The notes under the pieces are model-generated. The model saw only the letters and a list, made by a program, of their open reading frames with translations. It did no database searches and was not told where the DNA came from. The position numbers and the translations under genes are program-made. From the NCBI GenBank assembly GCA_027622665.1, contig JAQBYT010000008.1, positions 1 to 64,000 of the forward strand: DNA of 64,000 nucleotides, in the 5' to 3' direction. The DNA is from Verrucomicrobiota bacterium (GTDB lineage Bacteria > Verrucomicrobiota > Verrucomicrobiia > Opitutales > Seribacteraceae). Of the stretch, positions 45,730-56,034 are shown piece by piece (the first letter of the stretch is position 1; every line of letters begins with the position of its first letter).

Positions 45730-48700
45730 TTATTCTCGATTGAGAGTTTCGTCGAGATTCAGAATCATGGAGGCAAGCAGGGTCCAAGTGGCATGTTCCA
45801 CCGGATCTATCGATGCGTCCGGCTTTGAATCTCCCACCGCAATAAGTTGTTTGGCTCTTTCGGGTTCCTTTTTGAAAAGGGCCAGTTGCTCCTCGTAAGT
45901 CGATTTCAGAACATTGCGACGCAGATCATCAGACGGTCTTGAGGTGGCCAGTTCAAAGGCGTAGTCGAGGCGATCCTGGAAGTCGGTTCGACCACTCTTC
46001 AGGATGCGCTCGGCGAATACGCGTGAAGCTTCTACGAACTGCTCGTCGTTTAGGGTTATCAGGGCCTGCATCGGCGTATTCGTTCGCTGGCGTTTTAGGA
46101 CGCATTTCTCACGACTGGGGGTATCGAAAGCCATCAGAGCCGGTTGCGGGGATGAGCGCTTCCAGTATGTGTACATGCTCCGGCGGTAAAGCTTTTCCGC
46201 CTTGTCGGCGACGAACCTGCGACCTCCGCTCAAGGATACCTCAACCCAGAGTCCCGGGGGTTGATAGGGTTTTACGCCGGGACCACCGAACTGTTTGTTC
46301 AAGAGACCGCTTATGGATAGAGCGTTGTCGCGCACAAATTCCCCCATAAGGCGAAACCTGGGAGCTCGAGCCAAGAACTGGTTTAAGGGATCCAACTCCT
46401 TGTGCTTGGAAGAGGTGGTCGATGACTGTCGATAAGTGGCCGACATAACCATCTGCTTGATCGCTCGCTTGACGTTCCATCCATTGTCTCGGAGGTCGGC
46501 GGCGAGCCAATCGAGTAAGTCGGGGTGAGTCGGCCGGTTTCCTTGGGAACCAAAGTCACTCGGAGTATCTACCAGTCCTTGGGAGAAAATGGTTTGCCAG
46601 TGACGATTTGCGGTAACCCTAGCGGTGAGTGGGTGGGCAGGATCCATCAGCCATTTGGCCATGCCTAGGCGGTTCTTGGGCAAACCCTTTGACATTTCAG
46701 GTAAAAAGACAGGGGTTCCGGGCTCGATTTCCTTGTCTTTTTTTGGGGAACTGTACTGGCCTCGCATGAGGAGATAAGTAGCCCGCCGTTTTGCATTGTC
46801 GCCCATCACCATGGAGGTAATTTTCGTCTTTTTCAGCCCGGCCAGTTGGGTGTCGAGCTTACGGCGTTGGTCGACGAGGCCTTTGTAAGGTTTGTCCAAG
46901 GAATTGAGGTAGTGCTCGAAGAGGGTTTTGGTTTGGGCCGGCGTGCGATCTGCGGAGGCAATTCCAAGAAGGGGACCGATAGGGTCTGACCCGGAAAGAG
47001 TTTTCACTTCGGCATCGGTCAACTCTCGATCATAGAAGCGAACATCGTCGATTTCCAGGCCATTGGCCTGCGCGGAATTGAAACGGCGACCTAGCCGCAA
47101 GGGCTTGTCGGTTACGATAGAGGCGTTCAATCCATCCGCTTCAACGGTATGGTCTAGCTTTTCCCCGTTGAGGTAAACACTTGTTCCGCCGGCTGAACCG
47201 GAACCGTTGTAGGTTACGAAAATATGCTGCCACTTCTTAGCTGCAATTTTCTTTTTCCCGACGACTTTTACCGCATTGTCTTGCCATTTGTTAATGATGT
47301 GAGCTCCCGGGGCGCCTCCCTGTAGCCAAAGATCATATCCGCGAAAGTCTTTGCCTTCATCCATCTTGCCCAAGATGCATCCGTTCTGGTTGTCGTTTGG
47401 AGCCTTCACCCAGCAACCGTAACTGAACGGTCGGTTCCATTCGAAGTCGCCGAATCCTTTTACTTCCACGAAACCGTTTCCCTCGATCTTCAGCCCGCCA
47501 CCGAACTTGCCTGAGGGAATCGCTTTTGCCTTCCCTTGCAATCGGTTTTCACCTTTTTCGCGGACAAGGTCGCGAGTCAGATTCTTTTCGAAGGAGTCAA
47601 GGGGGAGATGAGCGACAAGTCCGCCCGGCTCGATTGGCTTCTTCTCCCCTTTATCGACGACTTCGAGGAATTGTTCCTCGGTCCATTGCTCGAAGGGCGC
47701 TTTGGCGCCTTTCTTTCGGGAATCCAGCTTTATTGCTAGTTCTTTGTGCTGTTTCTCTATCTCCGCTTTCTTTTTTTGCTCATCTTGCGACACGACTTCT
47801 ACGACAGGAGCTTGGTTGCCTCCACGAGTCTGCATCCCCGGATCGGCGTTGTTGTTGTAAAAGGCGTAGAATTGGTAGTACTCCTCTTGGGAAATAGGAT
47901 CGTACTTGTGTGAATGACATTGAGCGCATTCGAGGGTGAGCCCCATCCAGACGTTTCCCGTAGTTTTAACGCGGTCCACTACATATTCCACCCGATACTC
48001 CTCGGCTATGGCTCCGCCCTCATCGGTGGTCGCATGGTTGCGGTTAAAGCCGGAAGCTATCTTTTGATTCAGGGTAGCTTCGGGGAGTAAGTCACCTGCC
48101 AGTTGCTCGATGGTGAATTGGTCGAAAGGCATGTTGTCCCTGTAGGCATTTAGAACCCAGTCTCGCCAAGGCCACATGCTTCGAGGGCCATCATCATGAA
48201 AGACGGAAGTGTCGCCATAGCGAGCTGCATCCATCCAGACCAGAGTCATTCGCTCGGCGTATTCCTCGGAAGCGAGCAAGCGGTCTACAAGCTTTTCGTA
48301 AGCCTTTTCGGACTTATCGTTCAGATACGCCTGTACTTCTTCAAGAGTGGGAGGAAGCCCTGTGAGGTCAAAGCTAAGACGTCGAATAAGAGTTCTTCCA
48401 TCTGGCTCAGGGGATGGATGCATTCCTTTCGCTTCAAGCTTGGCCAAAATAAACCGGTCTATGGGGTTGCTCGACCAACTGTCATTTGTCACTGCGGGCA
48501 ATCCAGGCTTTCCAAGGGAAACGAAGGACCAATGCCCCTCCCATTCGGCTCCCTGCTCGATCCACTTCTTCAGGATGGCGATCTCGTCTGCGGACAATTC
48601 TTTCTTACTTTCGGGAGGTGGCATCACTTCGTCTGCATCGCCGGTGTTTACTCGATGCCAAAGCTCGCTCGCCTTTAGGTCGCCTGCCACAATGGCCCGC

Positions 48701-48909
48701 ACTCCATCGCGTTCGGCGAAGGGTGATTCCTGCTCGTCGAACCGAAGTTTCGCCTTTCTCGATTCCTCCTCCGGTCCGTGGCATTGGTAGCATTTACTCG
48801 AGAGGATGGGCTGAACGTCGCGATTAAATTTCACGACTTCCGGAACATTTGCCGATAATCCCAAACTGAGCAGCGAGATGACGAAAAACTGGACCGGCAA
48901 GGGTTTCAC
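45730..48909 (-). CDS. Planctomycete-type cytochrome c protein (PSCyt1, DUF1549, LamG insert, DUF1553/PSD1)
   Basis: [49 protein letters not shown], LamG-like domain, [29 protein letters not shown]; likely GTG start at 48909. Confidence 0.93.
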   Translation of the reverse strand: MKPLPVQFFVISLLSLGLSANVPEVVKFNRDVQPILSSKCYQCHGPEEESRKAKLRFDEQESPFAERDGVRAIVAGDLKASELWHRVNTGDADEVMPPPESKKELSADEIAILKKWIEQGAEWEGHWSFVSLGKPGLPAVTNDSWSSNPIDRFILAKLEAKGMHPSPEPDGRTLIRRLSFDLTGLPPTLEEVQAYLNDKSEKAYEKLVDRLLASEEYAERMTLVWMDAARYGDTSVFHDDGPRSMWPWRDWVLNAYRDNMPFDQFTIEQLAGDLLPEATLNQKIASGFNRNHATTDEGGAIAEEYRVEYVVDRVKTTGNVWMGLTLECAQCHSHKYDPISQEEYYQFYAFYNNNADPGMQTRGGNQAPVVEVVSQDEQKKKAEIEKQHKELAIKLDSRKKGAKAPFEQWTEEQFLEVVDKGEKKPIEPGGLVAHLPLDSFEKNLTRDLVREKGENRLQGKAKAIPSGKFGGGLKIEGNGFVEVKGFGDFEWNRPFSYGCWVKAPNDNQNGCILGKMDEGKDFRGYDLWLQGGAPGAHIINKWQDNAVKVVGKKKIAAKKWQHIFVTYNGSGSAGGTSVYLNGEKLDHTVEADGLNASIVTDKPLRLGRRFNSAQANGLEIDDVRFYDRELTDAEVKTLSGSDPIGPLLGIASADRTPAQTKTLFEHYLNSLDKPYKGLVDQRRKLDTQLAGLKKTKITSMVMGDNAKRRATYLLMRGQYSSPKKDKEIEPGTPVFLPEMSKGLPKNRLGMAKWLMDPAHPLTARVTANRHWQTIFSQGLVDTPSDFGSQGNRPTHPDLLDWLAADLRDNGWNVKRAIKQMVMSATYRQSSTTSSKHKELDPLNQFLARAPRFRLMGEFVRDNALSISGLLNKQFGGPGVKPYQPPGLWVEVSLSGGRRFVADKAEKLYRRSMYTYWKRSSPQPALMAFDTPSREKCVLKRQRTNTPMQALITLNDEQFVEASRVFAERILKSGRTDFQDRLDYAFELATSRPSDDLRRNVLKSTYEEQLALFKKEPERAKQLIAVGDSKPDASIDPVEHATWTLLASMILNLDETLNRE

Positions 48910-49073
48910 TCTCAAAGGGTAACCTGTCTTGATTTGGAAAATGCTCATTCTTTAATTTCGTGAAGTGTCTTCCAGCTATCAAACTCGATCTTTATTTGTA
49001 GCGCAAGCTGTTTGCGGGTTTCGTCTGAGGTTTTTTTTAGAACGAAGGGCTTGAACGAGTTGGCCTCATTCAT

Positions 49074-49592
49074 TTATTCGGAAGTATCCGAAAAAAGGTC
49101 GAAAGACCAGTCTTCCGGAGTGCCGATGACGTGTTGATCCGCCAGACTTGCCTTCAGTTCCTTGAAGCTCTTACGAAGGACAGGATGAAGGATTTCCGGT
49201 GCAAGGTCACACAAGGGGAGCAGTACGAAATCGCGTTCGGCAATACCCGGGTGTGGCAGGATCAGTTCCTCGGAGTCGATTACGTGATCCCCGTGCACGA
49301 GCAGGTCGAGATCTATTATCCGAGGACCATTTTCCCGGATCACCTTCTTTCCAAGCGCTTGTTCCACTGTTCGCAGTTCGCGGAGCAAGGCCAAGGCTTC
49401 GAGATCGGTCTTCAGCTTGGCGACTGCGTTCACGAAATCCGGTTGATCCGGAAAACCAAAAGGCGCCGAGCGATAAAGACGAGAACCGGCGACCACTTCA
49501 GCGAAACTTGAAATCAACCCCAGGGCTTCCTCGAAAGTTTTCCGAGGATTTCCGAGGTTCGCCCCGAGACCAACGTAGGTTTCAGAGCTCAA
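49074..49592 (-). CDS. folK: 2-amino-4-hydroxy-6-hydroxymethyldihydropteridine pyrophosphokinase
   Basis: YVGLGANLG, QPDFVNAV, GPRIIDLDLL, LPHP..ERDFVL.PL. Confidence 0.94.
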   Translation of the reverse strand: MSSETYVGLGANLGNPRKTFEEALGLISSFAEVVAGSRLYRSAPFGFPDQPDFVNAVAKLKTDLEALALLRELRTVEQALGKKVIRENGPRIIDLDLLVHGDHVIDSEELILPHPGIAERDFVLLPLCDLAPEILHPVLRKSFKELKASLADQHVIGTPEDWSFDLFSDTSE

Positions 49593-49932
49593 CCTGTACC
49601 CGAATTTCACGCAGTCCCAATTTGCCGGTGTAACGGGGCTTGTCCACGCAGAGGCTTATCTTGCTTACGGGAAACGCATCCTTCAAGCTTTCGGCGAGCA
49701 CTTGAGCGAATCGCTCCAGCATCTTCCCATCGTAAGCAGCGGCAAACTTCTTTACGAAAGCAATCACTTCGCGATAGTCGATGCCGTCCGACAATTCGTC
49801 GGTTTTACGTACCATCTCGAAATCGTACTCAAGGTCGACCGTGACGAAGAGGTGCTGTGGGGCGAGTAACTCCTCCTCCAACAGGCCAATCCGCGCCATG
49901 ACCTCGATGCCTTCCAAATGAATGCTGCCCAT
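49582..49932 (-). CDS. folB: Dihydroneopterin aldolase
   Basis: IG..EE..PQ, D.LSDGIDY, MLER.A, KP; located between folP and folK. Confidence 0.88.
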   Translation of the reverse strand: MGSIHLEGIEVMARIGLLEEELLAPQHLFVTVDLEYDFEMVRKTDELSDGIDYREVIAFVKKFAAAYDGKMLERFAQVLAESLKDAFPVSKISLCVDKPRYTGKLGLREIRVQVEL

Positions 49933-49998
49933 ATCTTGTAGCTAAAAGACTAATCGAAGAAGGGGAAGGCAAAAGGTGTTCCTACCGCAATGCTCAAC

Positions 49999-50817
49999 TC
50001 AACTCAACTGCTCCATGACCTCCAATGCCTGCACGGTTTCGCGGACGTCGTGGGCTCTTATGATTTCGGCGCCTTGACGAGCAGCTTCTATGGCGGCGGC
50101 GAGGGAACCGCCCAAGCGATGCTCGGGGCTGGGTGCGCCGCAGAGCTTGTCGATCCATGACTTTCGGGACGCTCCGAGAAGGATGCCCCAGCGATCGTCG
50201 CGGAGGTTGCCGAGGTTGTGCATGAGGGCGAGGTTGTGCTCGAGGGTCTTTCCAAAGCCGATTCCGGGATCCATCCAGATCCTGGGTAGGTTTCTTTCGG
50301 CGAGACCTTTCGCTTGCTCGTCGAAGAAGGATAGAACCTCGCTCACCACGTCGTCGTAGGCGGGAGCGTCCTGCATGGTCTTGGGGAAACCTTGGGCGTG
50401 CATCAGGACAAATCCTGCTTGGTGGCGTTCAGCGAGGTCGAAGAGGGTGGAGTCGGTTCCACCCGAGACGTCGTTGACGACATGGGCTCCCGCCTCGAGG
50501 GCAGCTTGGGCGACATCCGGTTTAGTGGTGTCTATGGAGATGACGCACTCGTCCGAGGGCAGAGCTTCGATCACGGGCAGGACGCGGCGAAGTTCCTCGT
50601 CAACGGATACCGGATCACTGCCGGGTCGGGTGCTCTCACCGCCGACGTCGATGAACTGGGCGCCTTCCTCAAGCATTTGCCGGACTCGATCGACTGCCTT
50701 GGCAACCTCTAGGTGCAGACCACCGTCACTAAAGGAATCCGGCGTCACGTTCAGGATTCCCATGACGGCGGGGTAGCGAAGGCGGAAGGCTTGGCCGTTG
50801 AAATTATGTTCGGTCAT
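49999..50817 (-). CDS. folP: Dihydropteroate synthase
   Basis: MGILNVTPDSFSDGG, GGESTRPG, SIDT, DPGIGFGK, SRKS, IIRAHDV. Confidence 0.96.
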   Translation of the reverse strand: MTEHNFNGQAFRLRYPAVMGILNVTPDSFSDGGLHLEVAKAVDRVRQMLEEGAQFIDVGGESTRPGSDPVSVDEELRRVLPVIEALPSDECVISIDTTKPDVAQAALEAGAHVVNDVSGGTDSTLFDLAERHQAGFVLMHAQGFPKTMQDAPAYDDVVSEVLSFFDEQAKGLAERNLPRIWMDPGIGFGKTLEHNLALMHNLGNLRDDRWGILLGASRKSWIDKLCGAPSPEHRLGGSLAAAIEAARQGAEIIRAHDVRETVQALEVMEQLS

Positions 50818-51596
50818 GCTTGAACTTTAACTGTTTCGTAGGTTTTTCGGAGTTTCAATAAGGTTTTTTCGGAAGAGCGTTGCCAACCGACTTCGGGAAT
50901 GGTTGCGAGAGAGACGACCTCGCGACCGGAACCACAGAGAATGATTTCATCGAAGGTGACGAGTTCGTCGAGAGTTGGTGAACGTCGATCGATCTCGAAG
51001 ACGTTTATATTGGAAAGAAGTCTGGACAGTACGATGCCGGGGAGAATGTCTTCCTCGGGAACAACGAGATGGTTGTCTTGGGCGAAGAGGAGGTTGGAGG
51101 TCGCGCTTTCTAGGACTCGGTCGTCAGTCGGATGAACGATTAGAAAATCTTCCATGCCAATGTCTAGTTCACCGAGGCGTCCGTACAATTCCTTGTCGAA
51201 GGTCGACTTTGCCTCGGGCACTGGCCGAAGGTGACGGAGGATTCTCGCGGAGAGCTCGGGGCTGGTCGGGTTGGCCGGTCGGACGTAGAGCGCGAGGCAA
51301 TCCTCGAGGAGACAAACGCGAACGAGGAATGGCACGGGAATTTGTGTCGAGGAAAGGAAGGTCGTTATCCGTTCGCGAATCTGGACTTGGGACACGATGG
51401 CTTTTACCTCGAGCAGGCGAGCGGATTCCTCCAAGCGAGCGAGATGAGTATTTAGGAAGAGAGGGCTGGGCGGGGTGCCTTCCACTCGAATGGTAGTGAA
51501 GGCTCCCTTGCCACCCCATGGTTCCGGAGGGGGGACGGAAGCGCCGTCCCTATCCCATGCAATAGTGGATGACGTTGGCGAGAATGGCGTGACCAT
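50814..51596 (-). CDS. pabC: 4-amino-4-deoxychorismate lyase (aminotransferase class IV)
   Basis: GAFTTIR, HLARLEESA, AKS (PLP Lys), ESATSNL, ILPGI; operon context. Confidence 0.8.
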   Translation of the reverse strand: MVTPFSPTSSTIAWDRDGASVPPPEPWGGKGAFTTIRVEGTPPSPLFLNTHLARLEESARLLEVKAIVSQVQIRERITTFLSSTQIPVPFLVRVCLLEDCLALYVRPANPTSPELSARILRHLRPVPEAKSTFDKELYGRLGELDIGMEDFLIVHPTDDRVLESATSNLLFAQDNHLVVPEEDILPGIVLSRLLSNINVFEIDRRSPTLDELVTFDEIILCGSGREVVSLATIPEVGWQRSSEKTLLKLRKTYETVKVQA

Positions 51597-52131
51597 GATT
51601 AGAAAGAAAAGATTCGGGATGGTATTGCATGCCGAAGAGGCGTCTTTCGCAATCTTCGAAGGATAGCGGGACGTTGCGGATGCGATCGCGAGCAGTGGTC
51701 CTAATGCCGGTCGGCAGGTGTGAAAGGCTTGAGGATTCGACTTGAAGCGAGTGGTAGCGACCGACCTTTACGGGGGGCTCGATGCCGGCATAGGTGACGG
51801 ATTCGGGATCTGTTTCGATTTCGGTTTCCACTCCATGGAGGACTTGCGGTTGTCGAACGATGCGGGCCCCTTCCTCTTCAAGCATAAGCTGAAAGCCCAG
51901 ACAAACGCCAAGGATTGGTTTCTTACCACGCAGTTGGTGATAAAGCGCCTGAGTTTCCGGATAGTCCGCCGGCTTTCCGGGGCCAGGTGAAAAGACGACC
52001 ATCCGAGATTCTTCTGAATTTGCGACTTCGGTAGCCTCGAGACGATCGAGCACCACGACTTCCTCAAAGTCTGAAAGTAGATGTTCGAGGTTTCTGGTGA
52101 AGGAGTCTTTGTGGTCAACGAGGAGGATCAT
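51550..52131 (-). CDS. pabA: Aminodeoxychorismate synthase component II (glutamine amidotransferase)
   Basis: MILLVDHKDSFT, SPGPG, GVCLG, RYHSL, QYHPES; ATG 52131 overlaps the pabB stop. Confidence 0.88.
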   Translation of the reverse strand: MILLVDHKDSFTRNLEHLLSDFEEVVVLDRLEATEVANSEESRMVVFSPGPGKPADYPETQALYHQLRGKKPILGVCLGFQLMLEEEGARIVRQPQVLHGVETEIETDPESVTYAGIEPPVKVGRYHSLQVESSSLSHLPTGIRTTARDRIRNVPLSFEDCERRLFGMQYHPESFLSNHGHAILANVIHYCMG

Positions 52132-53363
52132 CGCAACAGGTCGAGCAAGGCGCGGGCCTTTACTCCGTTTTCGTTGTATTCGTATTCGGGAGAGGAATTC
52201 ACGACTATGCCGCCGCCCGCTTGGGCAAAGCAACGGTCTTCTAGAATCAAGAGGGCCCGAATGATGAGGTTGAGGCGGATCGAACCATCGTCTCCGATAG
52301 TGCCGAAGCTTCCTGTGTATGGCCCTCGAAAGCAGGGTTCGAGCGAGTCGATGATCTCGATGGTACGGATCTTTGGGCAACCTGTGATGGTGCCTCCCGG
52401 AAGCATGGATCGAAGGATGCCTGCAAGATCACAATCAGAACGAAGCCGTCCCTCGATCGTGGACACGAGGTGAAAGAGGTGGGCATAGGTCTCCACTTCT
52501 CGAAACCGAGCTATCCGAACGCTTCCCAATTCACAGACGGCGGAAAGGTCGTTTCGTTCGAGGTCGACCAGCATGTTGTGCTCGGTTACCTCCTTGGGAT
52601 CGCCAAGAAAACGGGCGATTGCTTCGCTGTCGCCAATACCGGATCGCCGTTCGTGAGTTCCGCCGATGGGGCGAGTTACGATTTTTTCGCCCGTTTTATC
52701 GATTACCGTTTCCGGGGAACAACTGACGATGGCAAAGTCGGGTTGGCGAATCAGGAAAGCTTCGGGAGAAGGATTGGCGGCATGAAGACGGCGAAAGGCG
52801 TCGATGGGGTCGATCGAGATTCGGGCTTCGTGACGCTGGGAAATCTTTATCTGGTAGGTCTCCCCGTCGAGAATGGCTTCTCGAGCAGTGGCGAATACCT
52901 TCTCATAATCTTCGAAGGAAAGGTTGCAAATGATCTCTACGGGATTCGCCAAGGGTTTCGGAACCACAGGATCCACCAAACTGGCGGCGAGTTCCTCTTC
53001 GCGATCAGGGAGAGTGGATTCGATGGATAGTAGACTCTCCCTCAATCGCAGGATCGTTTGCGGACGGCCGAAAAAACCTTCCGGAACCGAAATGTCGCGG
53101 TTAGCCCTAAGCTGAACACCTGCATGTTTGGCTAGGAATTCGTATCCGAAGAATCCCACCCAACCGGAAAAGGAAAGCCCCGAGGGCGAAACCGTTTCAG
53201 CCAGCTTGCCGATTTGCTCCGAACTATTGATCGAATCCAGGGTCAAGGTTTCTGCGAAGTCGAGATAGGCGACGTACCCTCCTCCTCGATCGGTGCCCAC
53301 CATCAACGACCCATCCAGATGGGATAAGCTAGCCAGCGCATCAAGAACCTCAATCTCCTTCAT
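52128..53363 (-). CDS. pabB: Aminodeoxychorismate synthase component I (chorismate-binding)
   Basis: GETYQ, SCSPE, TRPIGGT, EHNMLVDLERNDL, PGGTITGCPK, RGPYTG, AGGGIV; folate operon context. Confidence 0.88.
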   Translation of the reverse strand: MKEIEVLDALASLSHLDGSLMVGTDRGGGYVAYLDFAETLTLDSINSSEQIGKLAETVSPSGLSFSGWVGFFGYEFLAKHAGVQLRANRDISVPEGFFGRPQTILRLRESLLSIESTLPDREEELAASLVDPVVPKPLANPVEIICNLSFEDYEKVFATAREAILDGETYQIKISQRHEARISIDPIDAFRRLHAANPSPEAFLIRQPDFAIVSCSPETVIDKTGEKIVTRPIGGTHERRSGIGDSEAIARFLGDPKEVTEHNMLVDLERNDLSAVCELGSVRIARFREVETYAHLFHLVSTIEGRLRSDCDLAGILRSMLPGGTITGCPKIRTIEIIDSLEPCFRGPYTGSFGTIGDDGSIRLNLIIRALLILEDRCFAQAGGGIVVNSSPEYEYNENGVKARALLDLLR

Positions 53364-54043
53364 GGCAAAAGGTCGAGAAGTTCTCGAAAACTCTCTATCC
53401 TTGATATGTTCTCGGGCGATGCACACGCCTTCTCAGAGTAAAGCGCGGTGTGCCAACCTGCTGACAATGCCCCTTGCACGTCCCTTGAATAGCTGTCTCC
53501 GAGATGAAACATATCCTTGGGGGTGGTTCCTAGTATTCGTTCCACTTCTTGAAAAATTTCCGGCGAAGGTTTTTCAAAACCAATCTCGGAGGAAATGAAC
53601 AGTGCTTCAAATAGTCCGCTTACACCGAGGTCGCGAAGAACGGGACGAAGACGGGAATCGTTGTTCGAAAGTACCGCCAGACGATAGCCACGCGTTCCTA
53701 GAACTTGGAGGGTGTCGACAGCTCCGTCGGCAAGCCGCCAGCATTTTCCCTCGGCAAAAGTTTCCCAGAGTTCCTCGAAGAGGGAATCGTGAATTTCTTT
53801 TGGGCAGAATCCCTCGAATGTGCGCCCCACGATCATACGCCAGAAACCCCGTTCGTCTCCCTCGAACGTCACCTTGGTGGACTGCGTCTCGGAAAAAACG
53901 CGATAGAATCGCTCGTTTATCTCGCTGTCTTCGGTTGCATAACCTCGGCATCGAGCGGCGTCCGCATAGACGTTCCCTACAGAAGGCCAAGGCCGCATGA
54001 GCGTGCCTGCGGCATCAAAAGTGATGGCTCGTACAGTCGACAT
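53360..54043 (-). CDS. HAD-IA family phosphatase
   Basis: FDAAGTL, LSNND, EKP..IF, HLGDS..RDV.GA..AG; stop overlaps the pabB ATG. Confidence 0.88.
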   Translation of the reverse strand: MSTVRAITFDAAGTLMRPWPSVGNVYADAARCRGYATEDSEINERFYRVFSETQSTKVTFEGDERGFWRMIVGRTFEGFCPKEIHDSLFEELWETFAEGKCWRLADGAVDTLQVLGTRGYRLAVLSNNDSRLRPVLRDLGVSGLFEALFISSEIGFEKPSPEIFQEVERILGTTPKDMFHLGDSYSRDVQGALSAGWHTALYSEKACASPENISRIESFRELLDLLP

Positions 54044-54142
54044 TGTTAAATGTGAATGAAAATTGTAATCCTTTTCGCGATTGGTAGAAACGCAAAATTG
54101 CGCAAGAAAGGGGATGGCATCAAAAACAGGAAATCGTAAATC

Positions 54143-55147
54143 ATGCGAGTCTTTCCCAAAGGACAGGGTTTCACCATCGGGCTTCTAGGAGCCTTGGCTA
54201 TGGCTTGGTATTGGCCCGCGGGTGGGGAACCGGATGGGCCGTTGAAGCCCGAAATTACCACAAAGGCAGCCGTGGCGCTAATCTTCCTATTGCAAGGCCT
54301 GAATTTGCCTTTGGGCCAATTGCGGCAAGGATTAGGTGACTGGCGTCTCCACCTTTTCATACAGATTTTTTCCTTCGTCTTGTTTCCTTTAGCGACCTTG
54401 GGGTTAGTCGTCTCGGGGATGATTCCACTTCCATGGGCTCCCGGATTCCTATTCCTCGCCATCCTCCCCACAACCATTTCGACCGCCATAGTCTATACCT
54501 CGGTCTCGGGTGGAGATTCGGTCTCCGCTACCTTCAACGCCACGCTTTCCAATCTCCTCGCCATACTAGCGGTGCCCTTGTGGTGTGCCTTTTTTGTTTT
54601 CCCGATGGAGGGCATTGCCATGGCGGAAACATCGTCCGATAGTTTTTTTAGCGAATTCCTCGCGAAGTTGCTCGGACTCATAGTGACCCCGCTTTGCGTA
54701 GGTCTGGGGTTTCGCCGAATCCTCGGCAATGAAGACTCTGCCCGCCGCAAACGATCCTTCCGCAATCTCTCCTATGGTGGTGTACTCTTCATCGCCTATG
54801 CGGGTTTCTGCCAAGGCTTCCTCGGGTCAGGCAAGGACTCGGGGGCGATTTGGTGGGAGGCGCTTGTGTGGGCGGCTATATTGCTTGCTTTTGCTAAGTG
54901 CTTTACATGGGGATTTGGGGGACTATTGGGATTTGAACGAAACAGGCGACTCCCCGCTTTCTTTTGCGCCTCGCAAAAATCCTTGGCCGTGGGCTTACCC
55001 ATGGGGCAGTTGCTGTTTGGGCTCGAACACCCTAAACTGTTTTTCCTGCTGTTGCCGTTAATCCTCTATCACATGTTGCAGCTCTTGGTTGGAGCCATCC
55101 TTTTGGGCCGTTGGCAGGACAATGAATCCCCAACCTTTCGGTCGTAA
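54143..55147 (+). CDS. Bile acid:sodium symporter family (SBF-like/YfeH) transporter
   Basis: IFLLQGL, LPTTIS, GG....A.FNATLSN, SQKSLAVGLP, YHMLQL; about 10 TM segments. Confidence 0.88.
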   Translation: MRVFPKGQGFTIGLLGALAMAWYWPAGGEPDGPLKPEITTKAAVALIFLLQGLNLPLGQLRQGLGDWRLHLFIQIFSFVLFPLATLGLVVSGMIPLPWAPGFLFLAILPTTISTAIVYTSVSGGDSVSATFNATLSNLLAILAVPLWCAFFVFPMEGIAMAETSSDSFFSEFLAKLLGLIVTPLCVGLGFRRILGNEDSARRKRSFRNLSYGGVLFIAYAGFCQGFLGSGKDSGAIWWEALVWAAILLAFAKCFTWGFGGLLGFERNRRLPAFFCASQKSLAVGLPMGQLLFGLEHPKLFFLLLPLILYHMLQLLVGAILLGRWQDNESPTFRS

Positions 55148-55199
55148 TATTCCCTTTAGTATTGCTCGGTTGTGTTTTTACCGTGTTTTAACGAATCCT

Positions 55200-56009
55200 G
55201 TGATCTGCAAGACTTTTAAGCAAAAGGAAAAAATGCGCCAAGCCGGGCGGGCGGCAGCCACTGTGTTGCACAAATTGTGCGCCATGGTGGAAGCGGGGAT
55301 TTCCACTTTGGACTTGGATGAGGCCGGAGGAAAACTGATGGAGGAACTGGGCGTCACCAGTGCCTGCAGGGGATATCGAGCCGGTTCCAAGGTTTTCCCT
55401 GGTTACACCTGCCTGTCCGTGAACGAGGAAATTGTTCATGGCATTGGCTTGCCCGAAAGGAAGCTGATGTCGGGGGACATTATCTCCGTGGACGTGTGCA
55501 TCTCTTGTGACGGTTACATCGGTGACAATTGTCGCACAGTGCCCGTTGGCAAAGTTTCCCCTGAGGTAGAACGTTTGCTGCGAATCACTGAAGAGTCCCT
55601 TTTCCTCGGGATCGAGCAAGCCGTTCACAAAAATAGGGTGGGGGACGTTTCCAGGGCAGTCCAGAGCCATGTCGAAGATGCAGGCTTTGCGGTAATAACA
55701 AATTTCGTGGGCCACGGGGTCGGCAAGACCCTTCACGAAGACCCTCAAATTCCAAACTATGGCCAAGCCGGTTCCGGTCCCAGATTGAAAAAGGGCATGG
55801 CGGTATGTATCGAGCCCATGGTGAACACCAAAAGCTCAAAGGTTAAGATGGCTGAAGACGGATGGACCGCTTTGGCGGTAGACGGTATGCCATCGGCTCA
55901 CTTCGAACACACTTTGCTCGTCGATGAAGAGAGGGCGGAAATAATTACAATTCCCGAAGGTTTCGAAAAGGCTGAGCCTTTTTTCGCTGCCGCAACGGCT
56001 ATAGCCTAA
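55200..56009 (+). CDS. map: Methionine aminopeptidase type I
   Basis: CLSVNEEIVHG, GDIISVD, GYIGD, GHGVG..LHEDP, IEPM, SAHFEHT; likely GTG start at 55200. Confidence 0.95.
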   Translation: MICKTFKQKEKMRQAGRAAATVLHKLCAMVEAGISTLDLDEAGGKLMEELGVTSACRGYRAGSKVFPGYTCLSVNEEIVHGIGLPERKLMSGDIISVDVCISCDGYIGDNCRTVPVGKVSPEVERLLRITEESLFLGIEQAVHKNRVGDVSRAVQSHVEDAGFAVITNFVGHGVGKTLHEDPQIPNYGQAGSGPRLKKGMAVCIEPMVNTKSSKVKMAEDGWTALAVDGMPSAHFEHTLLVDEERAEIITIPEGFEKAEPFFAAATAIA

Positions 56010-56034
56010 CAACGCTCGAAAGGACAATCATCCC

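Noticed and set aside
52132..52380. Apparent N-terminal extension of PabA in the ORF track
   Set aside because: It overlaps pabB in another frame; the real start is MILLVD at 52131 with ATGA coupling.
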